Shown: piece by piece, positions 25,615 to 38,329 of the stretch
How the letters are laid out: every line of letters starts with the position of its first letter
Numbering within the stretch: the stretch's first letter is position 1
From: Eledone cirrhosa
Lineage: Eukaryota
Direction: 5' to 3'
Assembly (NCBI GenBank): GCA_964016885.1
Contig: OZ024741.1
Span: 108,128,001 to 108,192,000 of the forward strand
DNA: 64,000 nt
Notes under the pieces: model-generated
What the model was told of the DNA's origin: nothing
The model's database searches: none
The model's input: the letters and a program-made list of their open reading frames with translations, nothing else
Program-made: the position numbers and the translations under genes

Positions 25615-26460
25615 CTAAATGTTTTCCATAAACAATACAACCACATTAGGTAACTTAGGAGGAAATTTATTGTGCCTTTTTTTGATAATGTTGTCACTAA
25701 TTTCATCCAAATTTTCAGCACCACTTTTTACCAGACAAGTATAATGGCCTGCCGTAGATGATACTCCTTCATGAAGAATAGCAGCTTTCAATGTGAAATT
25801 TGTGCCATATATTTGCTGCTTTTTTTAGCTAAAGTTCATAATATCACAATTAATTATTTGTTCTCCTTCATTATTAATCAAAAATCTACTAATTGAGATG
25901 ACAAGATATTTGAAATCGTTAGTAAATTCAATTCTTTAAGTTATTTGATGCTCAGTATTTTCAGAACAAGTATCACAGTATTTAGTCAAAGTATTTGTTG
26001 TTGAAAGTAGAGATTTAAATTGTTGTGTGCCATTAATAGGATTTAATATCAAATCCTCTTTTATTTGAAATGGAAGTTCAGATTCTATACCACATCCAGG
26101 TCTTGAATTACAATTGCAAACATTGTTATTTAAAACTTGGCAATTTGTTTGATGCAATCGGATGCATCTAGAATGATCAGTTTGAATAAATTGAAGTTTT
26201 TCTCTAAATACCAAGTCCAAATGTAGAGAGAGTTCTTTCCAAAATTCATGAGCACATTGCTGATTTTCATCATGAAATCTTCCTCCAATTATTATTCTTA
26301 AGTTAGAGACATTATTATGATTATTAAAAATGATATTGCTTAATTCTTGATGTATTCCATTCATGTTGTTAAAATTATGCAAATACTCTACAAATTCAGG
26401 CAATTGATTCAGTGATTGCACAACTGAATTTGCAAAACAAGCATTTCTTTGGTGATCAAT
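25615..26460 (-). pseudogene. USP / peptidase C19-like deubiquitinase domain
   Basis: Cys box RNACFANSVVQSL (~26410-26445), QQCAHEF, CDTC, and His box LKAAILHEGVSSTAGHYTCLVK...DEISD (~25700-25790), all in one frame with two internal stops. Confidence 0.75.
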
Positions 26461-27930
26461 TGATGTTTAGGGATTAAAGTTTGGCTGTTTACATTTCTTT
26501 TCTTCTTTTTGGCAGGTTGGTTTGAATTTTCTTCCAAATTAAGTCTTTTAGTTCTTTTCTTGGGCATGCTAGTAGCATTTTCCATGCAAGGATGCTTTTT
26601 CCTGCAAGGTGGCAATGGATGAAAATCTGCTCTTCCAGTACTAGCCCGTAGTTTGCTGTACTCTTCCCATGCAGATTTGTCAACCATGATCAATGATCTT
26701 GGATCAAAGTCACAGAGATACACATTGCAATGTTTTCTGGCTCTTGAAAGAGCCACATAAGCTTGACCATCAGAAAATATCTGATTTCCTAAATCAGTAA
26801 TTATTCCATCCACAGAAATTCCTTGTGATTTGTGAATTGTTATAGAGTAAGCAAGAGACAATGGAAATTGTGTTCTGGTTACAAATACACCAGGAGAAAT
26901 TTCATAGTCTGCTTGAATTCTTCCAATGGAAATGGGTTTGTCCTTTTTGGTATCAAAAGACACCAACATTGTGTCAACAATGCTTCCATTCCCAATTAAT
27001 TCAATAACTGTTCCAATAACACCATTGCATAAGCCTTGATCTACATCAATGTTTCGTTTCAACATCACCCTTGCTCCAATTCCAACATTTAGCAAAGTTT
27101 CTAGTCCAGCAGTATCAGAAGTTTTCTTGTGTTTGCCTTTTTCAACATTTTTCTTTTTTCTTCCATTTACTTGTCTCATACCATAATCTTTTGCAGCAAA
27201 TTTCACTGCATTTATGTTGCGTGTGGCTGAGTGGTTAGAGAATTGTATTCGCAATCGTAAGGTTGTGAGTTCGATTCCTGGACCAGGCGATGCGTTATGT
27301 CCTTGAGCAAGACACTTTATTTCACGTTGCTCCTTCTACCTGGAGTTGCGACCGATAGATAGTATTAGCAATTGGAAAGACCAACGGAAACATTGTTCCC
27401 TCGGTCCGATTTGACAACAAAGTCGATCGTTCCTATTATGTTGCATTTTTTAATCATTTCATTATTCAACTCATCAACAGATTCATTCAAAAGTAAAATG
27501 CATACATAAATTTTAATTCAGGAATAGAATACAATTCAATCAATTCTTTAGCAATTTCTTCAACAGATGCTTTTCTATCAGGAAATAGGCATCTTTTTTT
27601 AAGAATGCTAATATCAGAGTCTGATGGGGAACCAATTCTAATTCTTCCCAAAATATCAACATAGTTGTCTTTGTCTTCTTTTTGTCTCATATTAATGGTT
27701 AGCTCATCATATTGGAAGTATTTCCACAATGAATGCCCACTAATGCCAATTTCTGTTCTTTTGGCATCATATGATGAAATTCTAGAAAATACTGGTTTTT
27801 CATTTTCAGGTGGCAATTGCATCAAATCACCAAACAATAGAAGATTCATTTTTCCAAAAGGATAAGCCATTTTTGGGGGATCTCGAAAAATTTCATCAAG
27901 CCATTTGTGAATAACTATAATTAAGGGAAA
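26460..27930 (-). pseudogene. PIF1-family helicase C-terminal half (Helitron-like), interrupted by a SINE
   Basis: FGKMNLLLFGDLMQLPP, ELTINMRQ, GARVMLKRNIDVDQGLCNG, RTQFPLSLAYSITIHKSQG, GQAYVALSRA. Confidence 0.88.
27222..27335 (+). mobile_element. tRNA-derived CORE-like SINE inserted in the helicase
   Basis: A-box TGGCTGAGTGGTTAG, B-box GAGTTCGATTCC, core TGTCCTTGAGCAAGACACT. Confidence 0.8.
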
Positions 27931-28207
27931 CTAATTAGTACAGCTAAAAAGTTATGATGAGTCAAAGTCAATGAGGGGCCTTATCCTCCACTGCTTGACC
28001 ACACATATTTTAGCGTAACCTTTTTCTACTGACCCAAATTTCAATTTCCTTATACCAAAATGTAGTCTGGGATCAGTCCATTCTTGTGCAAGAAACCTGA
28101 TCAAATTTAGTTGAGAACTGAATTAGTGACAAGTCCTAGAAGTGACTGTCGTTGGGAAAAAGTTGACCTTAAGAATATTATTCACACACTACCGTGTGTG
28201 AATGATA

Positions 28208-28378
28208 GGGCGGTGGATTGGCAGTAACGGTAGAGGGTCGGACGCCATGCTTTGCAGCAAAGAGTTACGGCCCTTGCCATTATGAGTTCAAATCCCGCCG
28301 AGGTTGACTTTGCCGATAAAATAAAGTACCAGTAATACACTGGTTAATTGCTGGCCTTGTGCCAAAAAGTAGAAACAA
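28208..28378 (+). mobile_element. tRNA-derived SINE (same family as 3862)
   Basis: GGGCGGTGGATTGGCAG...GAGTTCAAATCCCGCCGAGGTTGACTTTGCC...AAGTACCAGT. Confidence 0.8.
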
Positions 28379-28482
28379 TTATGGATATATATATATATAT
28401 AACAAAGGAATTGTGGTAAGGAACCAGATGGACCATAAGGCACCAGAGTACTCAATACTTAGAGTAGTAGAGTGGGAAATAG

Positions 28483-28597
28483 GAAAAAGTATGACACCGA
28501 CGGCATAGCTCAAGCCGTTTCGACGACTATTTCTGGACTCAGTCCAGAAATAGCCGTCGAATCGGCTTGAGCTCTGCCGTCGGGGTCATACTTTTTC
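28483..28597. repeat. Fold-back palindrome (57-bp arms, centre 28540) holding the 3' half of a hammerhead, within a (TA)n-flanked cassette
   Basis: ...TTCTGGACT-C-AGTCCAGAA...; arms carry GAAA CGGC...GCCG UC and differ by about 4 mismatches. Confidence 0.85.
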
Positions 28598-28688
28598 ATA
28601 TATATATATATATATATACCTGTGTGTGCGTGTGTGGAGAGAGAGAGAAAGAGAGAGAGAGAAAGTGAGAGAGAGAGAGAAAGAGAGA

Positions 28689-28733
<45 letters not shown>

Positions 28734-30324
28734 GCAGGTATAACTGCGTTGTTAAGGATTGCGTTTCGCACACATAGTTCCGGGTTGTCCAGGAGTGTAA
28801 AATGTTCTCCTCCCTTCCTCTTTTGTTCATTATTTTTTCTATCTTCTGTCCTATCTAGCTATATGTATCAAGCATTACCTTAGATTGTATTCGTATACCT
28901 TTCACTATTTCCCTCATTAGCTGAACATATCCCTTTATCCTCTCTCTGACTATCACCCTTCCTCTTCTCTCTCCTTTCTCTCATTAGTCCGTCTCCTTCT
29001 CTCTTTCTCTTTTTCAGTCTGCCACTCTCGCTTCCTAGCTCCCTAAATGCATACCAGTGTGTGTGTCTTTTCCCTCTCTTTCTATGTACCTCGCTGCTTC
29101 ACTATTCAATCACACTCTCTCTCGCTCTCTCTCTCTGTTTCTCTCTCTCCCTTTCTTTTTCTCTCTCTCTCCCACTCTCTTTCTCTCTGCCCCCTCTTTT
29201 TCTCCGTCTCTCTTTCTATCCTTTCCCCTCTCTCCCGCTACCTCTCTTTCCTCTGTTTCACTTTCTGTTCAGATCGCTAATTACATACAACATACTAGTT
29301 TAACTGTGTTTCTCCCTTCTTATCTTCCTTTCTGCCTCACTATTCCTCGCCCATTCTCTATACCCCCACTCTCGCTCTCTATTTCTCTCTCTCTCTCTCT
29401 CGCTCTCTCCCTCTCACTCTCTCCCTCTCTCTTTCGCTTTTTTGCCTTTACACTTTCTCTATCGCTTTCTCTTCCTTTTCTTTCCAGCACCCTAAATGCA
29501 TACCAGTTTATCTGTGCATGTTTCTTTTCTTCTCTCTTTTAATCTACCACCGTCTCACCATTGCTCCCCCCCTTTCTCTCTTTTTACCTCTCCCTCTCCC
29601 TCCCGCTCTTTTTTTTTTGTCTCTCTTCATATATCCCTAACCTCAATATAATAAACCGCCCAATCCCTGAATTTATTCATTGACGTAACTGTTGCTATGG
29701 CGATAGTTCGCGTCATCTGGTCCCCACTTCAATTTTCACCACCATCATCAGCATTGTCATCATCATCAGCTGCGTTCCAGCATCACAGGACTCCTGCTCT
29801 CTGATAACAGCCTATATGTCTCACTCTCTCTCCCTCACCCTCTCCCTTGTTCTTTCTCTTTCCCTTTTTCTCACTCCCTTCCCATAACCTCTCTCGCTTT
29901 TTCTCACTCCCCTTTCCCTTTCCTCTTTTTCTCACTTCCCTCCCGTCTCTTTTATTTTTCTACCAGATCAGAATTAGCATGTGAACAGAAATAGATGATT
30001 AGACTGTTAATCAATAAATAGAGATAGCGAGTGAGATAGATAGATAGATAGAGCGGGGGGATGGGCAGAGTGAGAAAGATAGAGAAATATTGAGGAAGGG
30101 TAGAACATACGGTTAGAAAGAATAGGTAAACGGGAGAGGTGGAGGATAAGAGGTGAAAGATAAGAAACGAAATGAGGCAACGAGTATTAGAAGAGGGGTG
30201 AAATGAGAGAACAGGAAAACAGGGGTGTGGAGAGATATAGTTATATGTAAAATGTGTAAATGATATGTATGAGTTGTGTGTATGCATGTATATACCTGTC
30301 TATCTATCTCTCTATATATATACA

Positions 30325-30386
<62 letters not shown>

Positions 30387-31231
30387 TATATAAATATACA
30401 TCCCTGCCTTTGTGACTATCTATATATCTATCTAATAAAGAAACATATCTATCTACCTACCTACCTACCTGTCTACCTACCTATCTATATATCCATCTAT
30501 CTACCTACCTACCTATCTATCTATCCATCTATCTATCTATCTATCCATCCATCTATCTATCCATCTATCTATCTATTTATTTATCTATTTATCTAACTAT
30601 GCATCTATCTATCTATCATCTGTCTGTCTGTCTGTCTATATGAAATACATCGTCGTGTTAATATCTGCAGATAATTCGCCCCTCTGGTTTGCATACATTT
30701 ACATCGCTGGTGAGTATAACATATTATTCAGTACAACATGGTACATAGTTGGTCTGTTAGCGTCAAAACCCATACTTCTCAGCCGATTAATATTTTGAAG
30801 AGGTGTTGTAGAAACCCAGCAAGTTAGAAAACAAAACATTTGTATACGACCGATTAATCTAGCTCCGGGTCAATGGCGAACTAAATATTAGTGTAAGAGG
30901 ACACAAACATATTTAAGTTGTGACCATACATACAGTACATCTACTAGTACACATGTACTCTTAGCTCAAGTCAGAAATCTATTCTCAGAAATGGAAAACT
31001 TCAAAATTAAACCCGCACTTGAAATTCAAAAATTATACCCACGCTATCCTGGAGTTCCAAAATTAAAATCTGACTGATTTGACCTCACAAAATTTAACCT
31101 GTGGTGTCTTGCAGGAAGACTAGTTAGATTAGGGAAAGGAAAAATTAACACAATCCAACGATTGATTCGTCTTTCAATCTTCTTAATCTTTTCTTGACAC
31201 TGGGTCATAACAGATGATACTAACTAACATT

Positions 31232-31340
31232 AACCCGCCGAGGTTAACTTTGCCTTTCATCCTTACGAGGTCTATAAAATAAAGTACCAGTAATGCACTG
31301 GAATAATTGCTGGCCTTTTGCCAAAAGTAGAAACAATTAT
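31232..31340 (+). mobile_element. SINE 3' part (same family as 3862)
   Basis: CCGCCGAGGTTAACTTTGCCTTTCATCC...AAGTACCAGT. Confidence 0.75.
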
Positions 31341-31479
31341 AATATCTCCCATGCACAAAGTACTTTATTACATCGCAGTACTTTATACTTATAATAAATA
31401 CTATCAAATATTGGTGTAGTTTATGATACTGAAAGCCAGTATTAATCATGTTAGTCTTTCAAACCGTTTAACTGGTGAG

Positions 31480-33145
31480 TGCGGGATGAAGCATGCAGAT
31501 ATCATGTGTTAAAATCATAGTCTCACGAAGAATCACAGCAGAGACAGTAAAGACGTCCAACGGAGGACTTTGAGGTTAAGCTGAAATCCGACTTCAGATC
31601 AGCAAATAAAGTGTTCTGGCAGACCATCCAATGATTATGTAAACAAGTCCTCCTCCACACCTACTATCTGAACGGCCGGGAGTCTCCTCTCTCCAGAGAG
31701 GTGCTTTCTCGCGAGAGATGCTTCTGGTGTACACTAAGCGATTTCGGAAGCGGTGACAAATCTCTCTGAGGTAACATGAGCAGTTAAAGAGCTTAAATGT
31801 GGCACGGGCGTTGGGGAAGATGAAATCCGGCCCGAGATATTAAAAGCCGTACATAGAGAAGGTATTTTCTGGCTGACTCGTGTGTGCCCGGCAGTCTGGA
31901 TCTTTGGAAAGATACCTAAGCAATCGGTAGTGATAATCTAAATTTTCATGAAACGGAGTCAAGAGACATTTTTCTTGCCTTGTTAAGCCTTTACGGTAAA
32001 GTCTATTCTATGTGTTTAGCAAGGAGATGCAAGGAGATTGTCTGGTTCAATCTAGCTGAAGAACAGTGCAGGTTTCGCCCCAGACGCAGCACAGCCGACA
32101 AAATATTCAGACTGTTCAGGTCTTCAAGAAATCCTGGGAGTATTGCCAAAGGTACATTCTTTTTTTGTAGACCTCGAAAAGACATATGATGCGTTCCTCA
32201 CGACCTGCTGTGTTGGGTGGTGCAAGAGTATGGGATCGATGGTCAGCTTCTTGCTGTATTGATGTCACCATATGAATGTCCGAGTATTTGTATTCGGATA
32301 AATAGAGCTAATTCGAAACCATTCAATGTTGGAGTCGGACCCTGCTAAGTGCGCGCACGTTTACTTCTCTTGTTTATTATTTAAATGAACAGGATTGACA
32401 TGCGCATCCGTGTTTGAAGTGTATCATGACAGTCAGCTGGAATTTGCAGACGACAGAGTGTTACTTAATTCGAGAGAAGTTTATCTCCGTCATGCACTTG
32501 ATAGGTTTGATGCTGAGTGCTGCATGCCTGGAATGAAAATCAGTGCTGCAATAACTGAGACACTCGTCCTTTCAAGGAAGCTTGCGCAATGTACTTTACA
32601 TGTGAATGGAGTACCATTGAAGAGGGTGGAGAAGTTCGAGTATCTCGAGGCCGAATTCAGCAATGCGCCAGCTTCAGCATTCGGTAATCAGAGAAAGGAG
32701 GTAGGTGTAAAAGTCAAACTCACTATCTTCAATTCGATATTCGTGCCATCCCTTACTTATGGTAATGAATCTTGTGTAATGACCGAAAGAATACGATCGT
32801 GAATACAAGCGGCCAAAATGGGGTTCCTCCGAAGGGTCTTTAAAGTAACGTTACTTGACAGAGTGTGTAGCTCAGAGATCAGAGAATCACTCCACGTAGA
32901 GGCGCTACTTCTCCGAATTGAGAGATCACAGCTCTGATAATATGGGTTTGTGCTTATAATCTCTTAGGAAAGATTCGCTGGACAGATTTCACGGGCAAAA
33001 CCAACCGGTAGGAGAACCAGGTTTAGACCCCGAGCAAGATGGTTGGTTAACTTACATGAGCTTGGCTGTCCTCGCTTGGGGATCCAGTCGCTGGAAGGAG
33101 TATTTGAGGACTCTAGTCCACGACATTCTCGTGAATAAGTGGGCG
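31480..33145 (+). mobile_element. Decayed RTE-clade (Expander/Rex3-like) LINE with (GAA)n tail
   Basis: GEDEIRPEILK, EEQCRFRPRRSTADKIF, LEFADD, LTYGNESCVMTERIRS*IQAAKMGFLRRV, RPRARW. Confidence 0.85.
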
Positions 33146-33287
33146 AAGAAGAAGAAGAAGAAGAAGAAGAAGAAGAAGAAGAAGAAGAAGAAGAAGAAGA
33201 AGAAGAAGAAGAAGAAGAAGAAGAAGAAGAAGAAGAAGAAGAAGAAGAAGAAGAAGAAGAAGAAGAAGAAGAAGAAGAAGAAGAAGA
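33146..33287. repeat. (GAA)n tail
   Basis: Direct reading. Confidence 0.95.
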
Positions 33288-33571
33288 TCATATAGTCGCA
33301 AGCCAGTACCAGCATGGTATGGTATTTTGACAAATAATGCTTGTCCAATTTTTCTGCTTCTTGGTATTTTCATCAGTAATTATATCTTGAACATTATCGA
33401 AATGTGGATCCTATAATCAGGTGTGCGTGATTTCCGTTCAGTTGTGGCTGTCGAACAACGGCACTGTTCATAGATCAACAACAGTAAAATTCTGATGTAA
33501 TTCATACACATTTGTGTAACATCCTTGTATCGTTAATGTATAAACATCTGCCCACTGTGATGAGTGTACAG

Positions 33572-35751
33572 TAGGGCGTCGATTATCTACGTATGTCAGG
33601 TGATGATTTAACGAAGTATGCCGGATTATAGGCCAATCGAATAATATTTAGAATTTGCCCAATTTAACATCGTTTTATTTGCGACAAATTCGTTTTAATC
33701 GGCCTGTAGTATATTGTCCTTTCTGTCCACTTTACTGAATCCAATATGGAAACCACCAAACAGACCGAAATGAAATAAAATAAGCAGGAGGAATGGGTTC
33801 TGAATAAACAATAATATTGGGATTAAATAGATATATAACATTTATCAATGCAATTTATAACAAGAAACGACGTATTATAGAATCCTTGACTTGCTGTAAG
33901 TTGTTCTTTGAACAGAAATATCTTCATCACATATATGATGTTGGCCACCCAACGAGGCTGGTGGGAAACTCCTGGAACCAAGATAGATGGCCATCCACTG
34001 AGATAGAGGCATGAACTCGGCTTAATTTACTCAGCGATTATTTCCAGAAAGCAGTAGAGTCAGTAGATATTCAACCCTTGCCTCCCTGTTTTGCTTGTAA
34101 ACATCTTCGATGGGTTCATTATCATCCAGTATAGTTTGATAATGAGACTTAACCATGGAGTTCCTGAGACTTTTTCAACATTGGGATATTGAACCTAAGT
34201 GATGGGGGAAAGTTCCGAAAGACTATCTTCAAAACCAGTTCACAATTGCGATGGGGGCCAACCAGCCACGAGAGGAATATTTTCACAACTGCTTCAATAT
34301 TCGTATTAGGACGCTTGTACATGCAGGTATTACAGGCGTTTGTATCGAAAATCAGACCAATTATTCTATCCCTAATTTTGAGTTGTTTAATGTCTTTCAA
34401 ACATCAGCTACGTGTCGTCCGGTTCCTTCTTTCACAATAGGAATACATAAGAGCTCCTACTTTCCTTTTCCTCTAACTAAAACTGCAATCCGATCTTGGA
34501 GGAGCCAATAGAAATGATCCTCCATTTCAGTGGAGCAATAGCCAGGATCTAACCTCAGATGGGAAAGCAGATAACTCAAATCCCTAAGCCATCTCCTCAT
34601 GGTGACTGATTATGGTGCGATAAACAGTTGAAGAAAAATCGAGTGCTCAGACACATAATGACCAAGAGTTTTCACAATTGCGAACAAAGAGGTAATTGCT
34701 TGTCCTATCGATAGTAAGAGGTAATTGCTTGTTCGCACGTGGAAACAAGAATGGCATCGAGAGTCGGCTATATTCGCGCTGATTTTTGGTGTGGTGCTGG
34801 CTTGAAGATTTAACCATCATCATCATTAATAGCTGAGCTGGATCACGAACTTTCAAGGGCTACTTTCTCGGATATTTACTTGACTTCTTAATCCTGGCTT
34901 CTGTCGTATTTTCATATCGTGAATCTTCTTTTCCTTCTTCTGGATGTCTCTCATGTTCTGCATCAACACCGGCCTAGAATAAAAACATCCGATTATTTCG
35001 CTGTGTCCCAAGGAAAGCTTTTTCTTTAGATGGGACATCGTTTCATTCAAGATTGTCCTGGCTTGCAGTATCAAAAGTTTCCTCAATATCACCTTTCCAA
35101 GTCTCAGACTTTGCAATTATGTTGTCAGTCATCCTTGATTTTTCTTTTTTCAGTCCTTGATACACCTTATACAATTTCTTGATTGAGTGCGGGTGGTTTT
35201 TGTCTGTTTTGGTAGGGATATTTGCTTTTCTCCACATTTCCTGGATCATCTGGCTAGTGTATTGTATGGCAACGGAAATTGTTTTCCAGAGTTCGATGTT
35301 ATTTTAAACAAAATACAAGAACCCTTATTGTTTGGAGGGGAGTCGAGTCTGAGGTAACTCCCCCTCAGGCTTTTTCTCAAGCTGCCAAATGGACTTTCTG
35401 ATTTCTATTTTCTTATTCGATGTGGAAGATGTAAAGCAAAATCAAGCAATCCTTTTATTTTCACGAGCCTTTGAGTTTTTACATTACTGGAAACTATTCA
35501 GGAAATGAAAAGAAAGAGGCAAGAAAACTATTTTATAACTTTATAACAATGGTTGGTACTTAACTATAACCTGCGTGCTTACTACTTGCCAACAAAACCA
35601 GCTTTAAACCACCGTCAATGAACCTTGCTTAAGAACTTTATTGTTAACTCGTTTTTTAACTGAATTATCAAAAGAATTATCGAAAAGCTCACCTCAACAC
35701 CGTGATAACAACATAGTAGAAAACTTGTCCATATCAATATGAATAACCCTA
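33572..35751 (-). mobile_element. Decayed DNA transposon, tentatively hAT (hATm-like)
   Basis: TAGGG...CCCTA termini and a degenerate 8-bp TSD (GTGTACAG/GTATAGAG). Transposase fragments WRKANIPT and GLIFDTNACNT...PHRNCELVL. It splits an older degenerate minisatellite. Superfamily call is uncertain. Confidence 0.55.
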
Positions 35752-36863
35752 GTATAGAGTTGTAACCAGATCTGTTTGCTCTAATGTGTGTACAGATGTT
35801 GTCACAATAGCTGTTCACTGTGATGTGTTTACTCTAATGTCTGTTCAGTTGTTTTAACAAAACCTAAGTCTGTAATGTGTAAAAGATGTCGTCAGGACAC
35901 ATGGATCTGTAATGTATGTACAGTCATCACAACACCTGTATAGATAATGTAGGTACAGTTGCTTTCGCAACATCTCTATTTATAATGTGTGAACAGTTGT
36001 TATAACATCACCTGTGCTTTCCACTCTACACATGGGTCGTGATGTTGTACTTTGCATCTTAGCCTATCAACTATTTTTCGAAGATGGTTGTGGTTGGACA
36101 CATTTACATTGGGGTGTGATTGGTACTGTATTTCCTAGATATTTGATATTATATTCGCACAGCTTTTCAGCATATGGCAACAGTGAGGTAATGTCCAGCA
36201 GCCGATGCTCTCGAAATTTGTTCGTCTCTAGATTCTTATACGCACATATTGTTAGACTAATTTTCATAGTAACCTGCGCTGGAAGCAGCTCATTTAAAGC
36301 AGATAATGTATAATTAATTACTCAACAAAATATTTTTTCCGTGCAAATATATTCAGCCACTAATATATATATATTAGGTGGTACCAACAAAGATTGTATC
36401 CTCATAACATATAGCCAAATGATATATACATATATATACCACGTATAGTATGTTTTTTACCAATGGGTAGAACTGGTGATTCCGGTTCCTAAACGATAAT
36501 GAAATAATAATGAAATAATGAAATAAAATTAAAGCACTCGAGGTTATGCAAATCATTCAGTGTAGATGTGGTATTCCGTGGCTGGCGAAGGAACGGAGTT
36601 AAATATTCCTTAAAAACAACAGAAGGCTCGACTGGAAACTTCATGTAAACACTATACATAGTTCAATGGACCAGTTTCATTATCTTATCAAGATTTCATC
36701 AGATTTTGATTGCAGAATTAGTTATATACGATAACAGCATTACGGCGAAGACAAACAAAGAATAGAGGATATATTTTGTTCGGGGATGGTGTTATTGTAA
36801 CGTCAAACCCCCCTTGGGTATCACAGGCTTCAATGCTAAGCATTGTGGATTGGTAAGTGCTAT

Positions 36864-37150
36864 CAGGGCCGTATTTAACGGGACGCAAAAGGGGCAATTG
36901 CCCTGGGCTCCCTGCATTTGGGAGCTCCACCAGCGACGGGCGTACCAATTTATTATGCTTTCATTTGGACTTTTTTAATTAGAATTTTTTAATTTAATAC
37001 TTGTATTTACAACTTTTCAATTCCAATTACTTGGCCCAGCTAACTTTGATGTGTAAAATTGGGGGGTTTTGCTGCGTAGTCTATTTTTTTTTGTATTAGT
37101 GCCCCCAAATCTGAAGTGCCCCGGGACCCCAAGATCTATATCCAGCTCTG
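36864..37150. mobile_element. hAT-type MITE
   Basis: CAGGGCCGTATTTA ... TATATCCAGCTCTG termini; degenerate 8-bp TSD AGTGCTAT/GGTGCGAT. Confidence 0.6.
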
Positions 37151-38329
37151 GGTGCGATGTAGGGTGGGGGTTGTTAGATGGCGACAGAACTTCTACTGTC
37201 AGAAAATGCCATTCATTTATCACAACTAAGCATTCCGCTGCTGCAGAAGTCAAGGCGGCGGACTAATAATTCTGTCAGTAGACATTGCTCAAAAACCAGC
37301 GTAGCGTGACCGTGAATATTTAAAGCACCATAAAGCGCAAATTGTTTGAAATAATAAAAATTAAAAATTTTTAAGCAGTTATGAAAAATATATAATTAAC
37401 AGTTATAAAAATTATAATGATTAGAAAATATTAGGTGATAGTGTTACGTTAAATAAATTAAGAAAAATGAATTAGGAAAAATAAAATAAGGGAGGTAATT
37501 TGTGAAGAAATATAAATATTAATGTGTTGATACGGTTACAGAGGTAGTTAATTATAATCCTTATGTCAAAGATTCACGAAAGTAAATTAGTGAATGATTA
37601 AGGGTAATCAAAATATTTCGCGCATATATACGTTTGTATTGTGGACGAAAATGTGGTGCGTGGTATCCTCGACGGACGTAACAGCCTTCCTCATCCCATC
37701 AAAGTCAACAGAAAATAGATTACTAGTGTCCAAGTATATTCAAATAATGAAGGGAGGAGACATTTATTAATTTATTAATTAACCAATTAATTAATTCCAA
37801 GCTTTCAAAGTATAGAACCAAATTTATTCAACGTGTATATTACTCAGAGGACCACGGCTAGACAGTGGATGGCTTAAAGCAAACCAAACTGCTAACAATA
37901 CCAACGAAAGTGATATGATAATACATTACATATTCTTATTTTACTCCATTGCGCGGTCGATTAAATGTAGAAGTAACTAATTACATATGAATTATATTTC
38001 ATGGGACTGCCCATTTTTCAGTTCTTCCCTGTTTTGGAATATATATGTTCATTATTCTTACACATGGAAGCAAGGTTGAAGTTGTCTAGAGGAAAGACCC
38101 TTCGCCACATTGATTGTGATCCAGCTGGTTTCCTTAAATGTTTCCTAACTAGAATGGGTGTTGGGTTCATCAATTTGAGCCATTGACAAGGTGACAATCC
38201 ATGCACACCTGCTCCAAGGAGGCCGCTGTTGTTTCATCTGCAGAGAATATGATGGTCCTCGGTTTCTTGAGATTGACTATCTTCAAAAGAGCCACCAATG
38301 GAGAGTACTATGTATATATATAGAGAGAG

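Noticed and set aside
27222-27290. tRNA gene
   Set aside because: A/B boxes run into a SINE core and there is no convincing acceptor stem, so it is a SINE head.
28510-30600. Several 60-160 aa Ser/Leu or Ile/Tyr-rich ORFs
   Set aside because: CT-rich, (GA)n and (CTAT)n low-complexity DNA.
36014-36313. Possible host exon
   Set aside because: No recognisable domain, no reliable splice pair, and no other exons support a gene.
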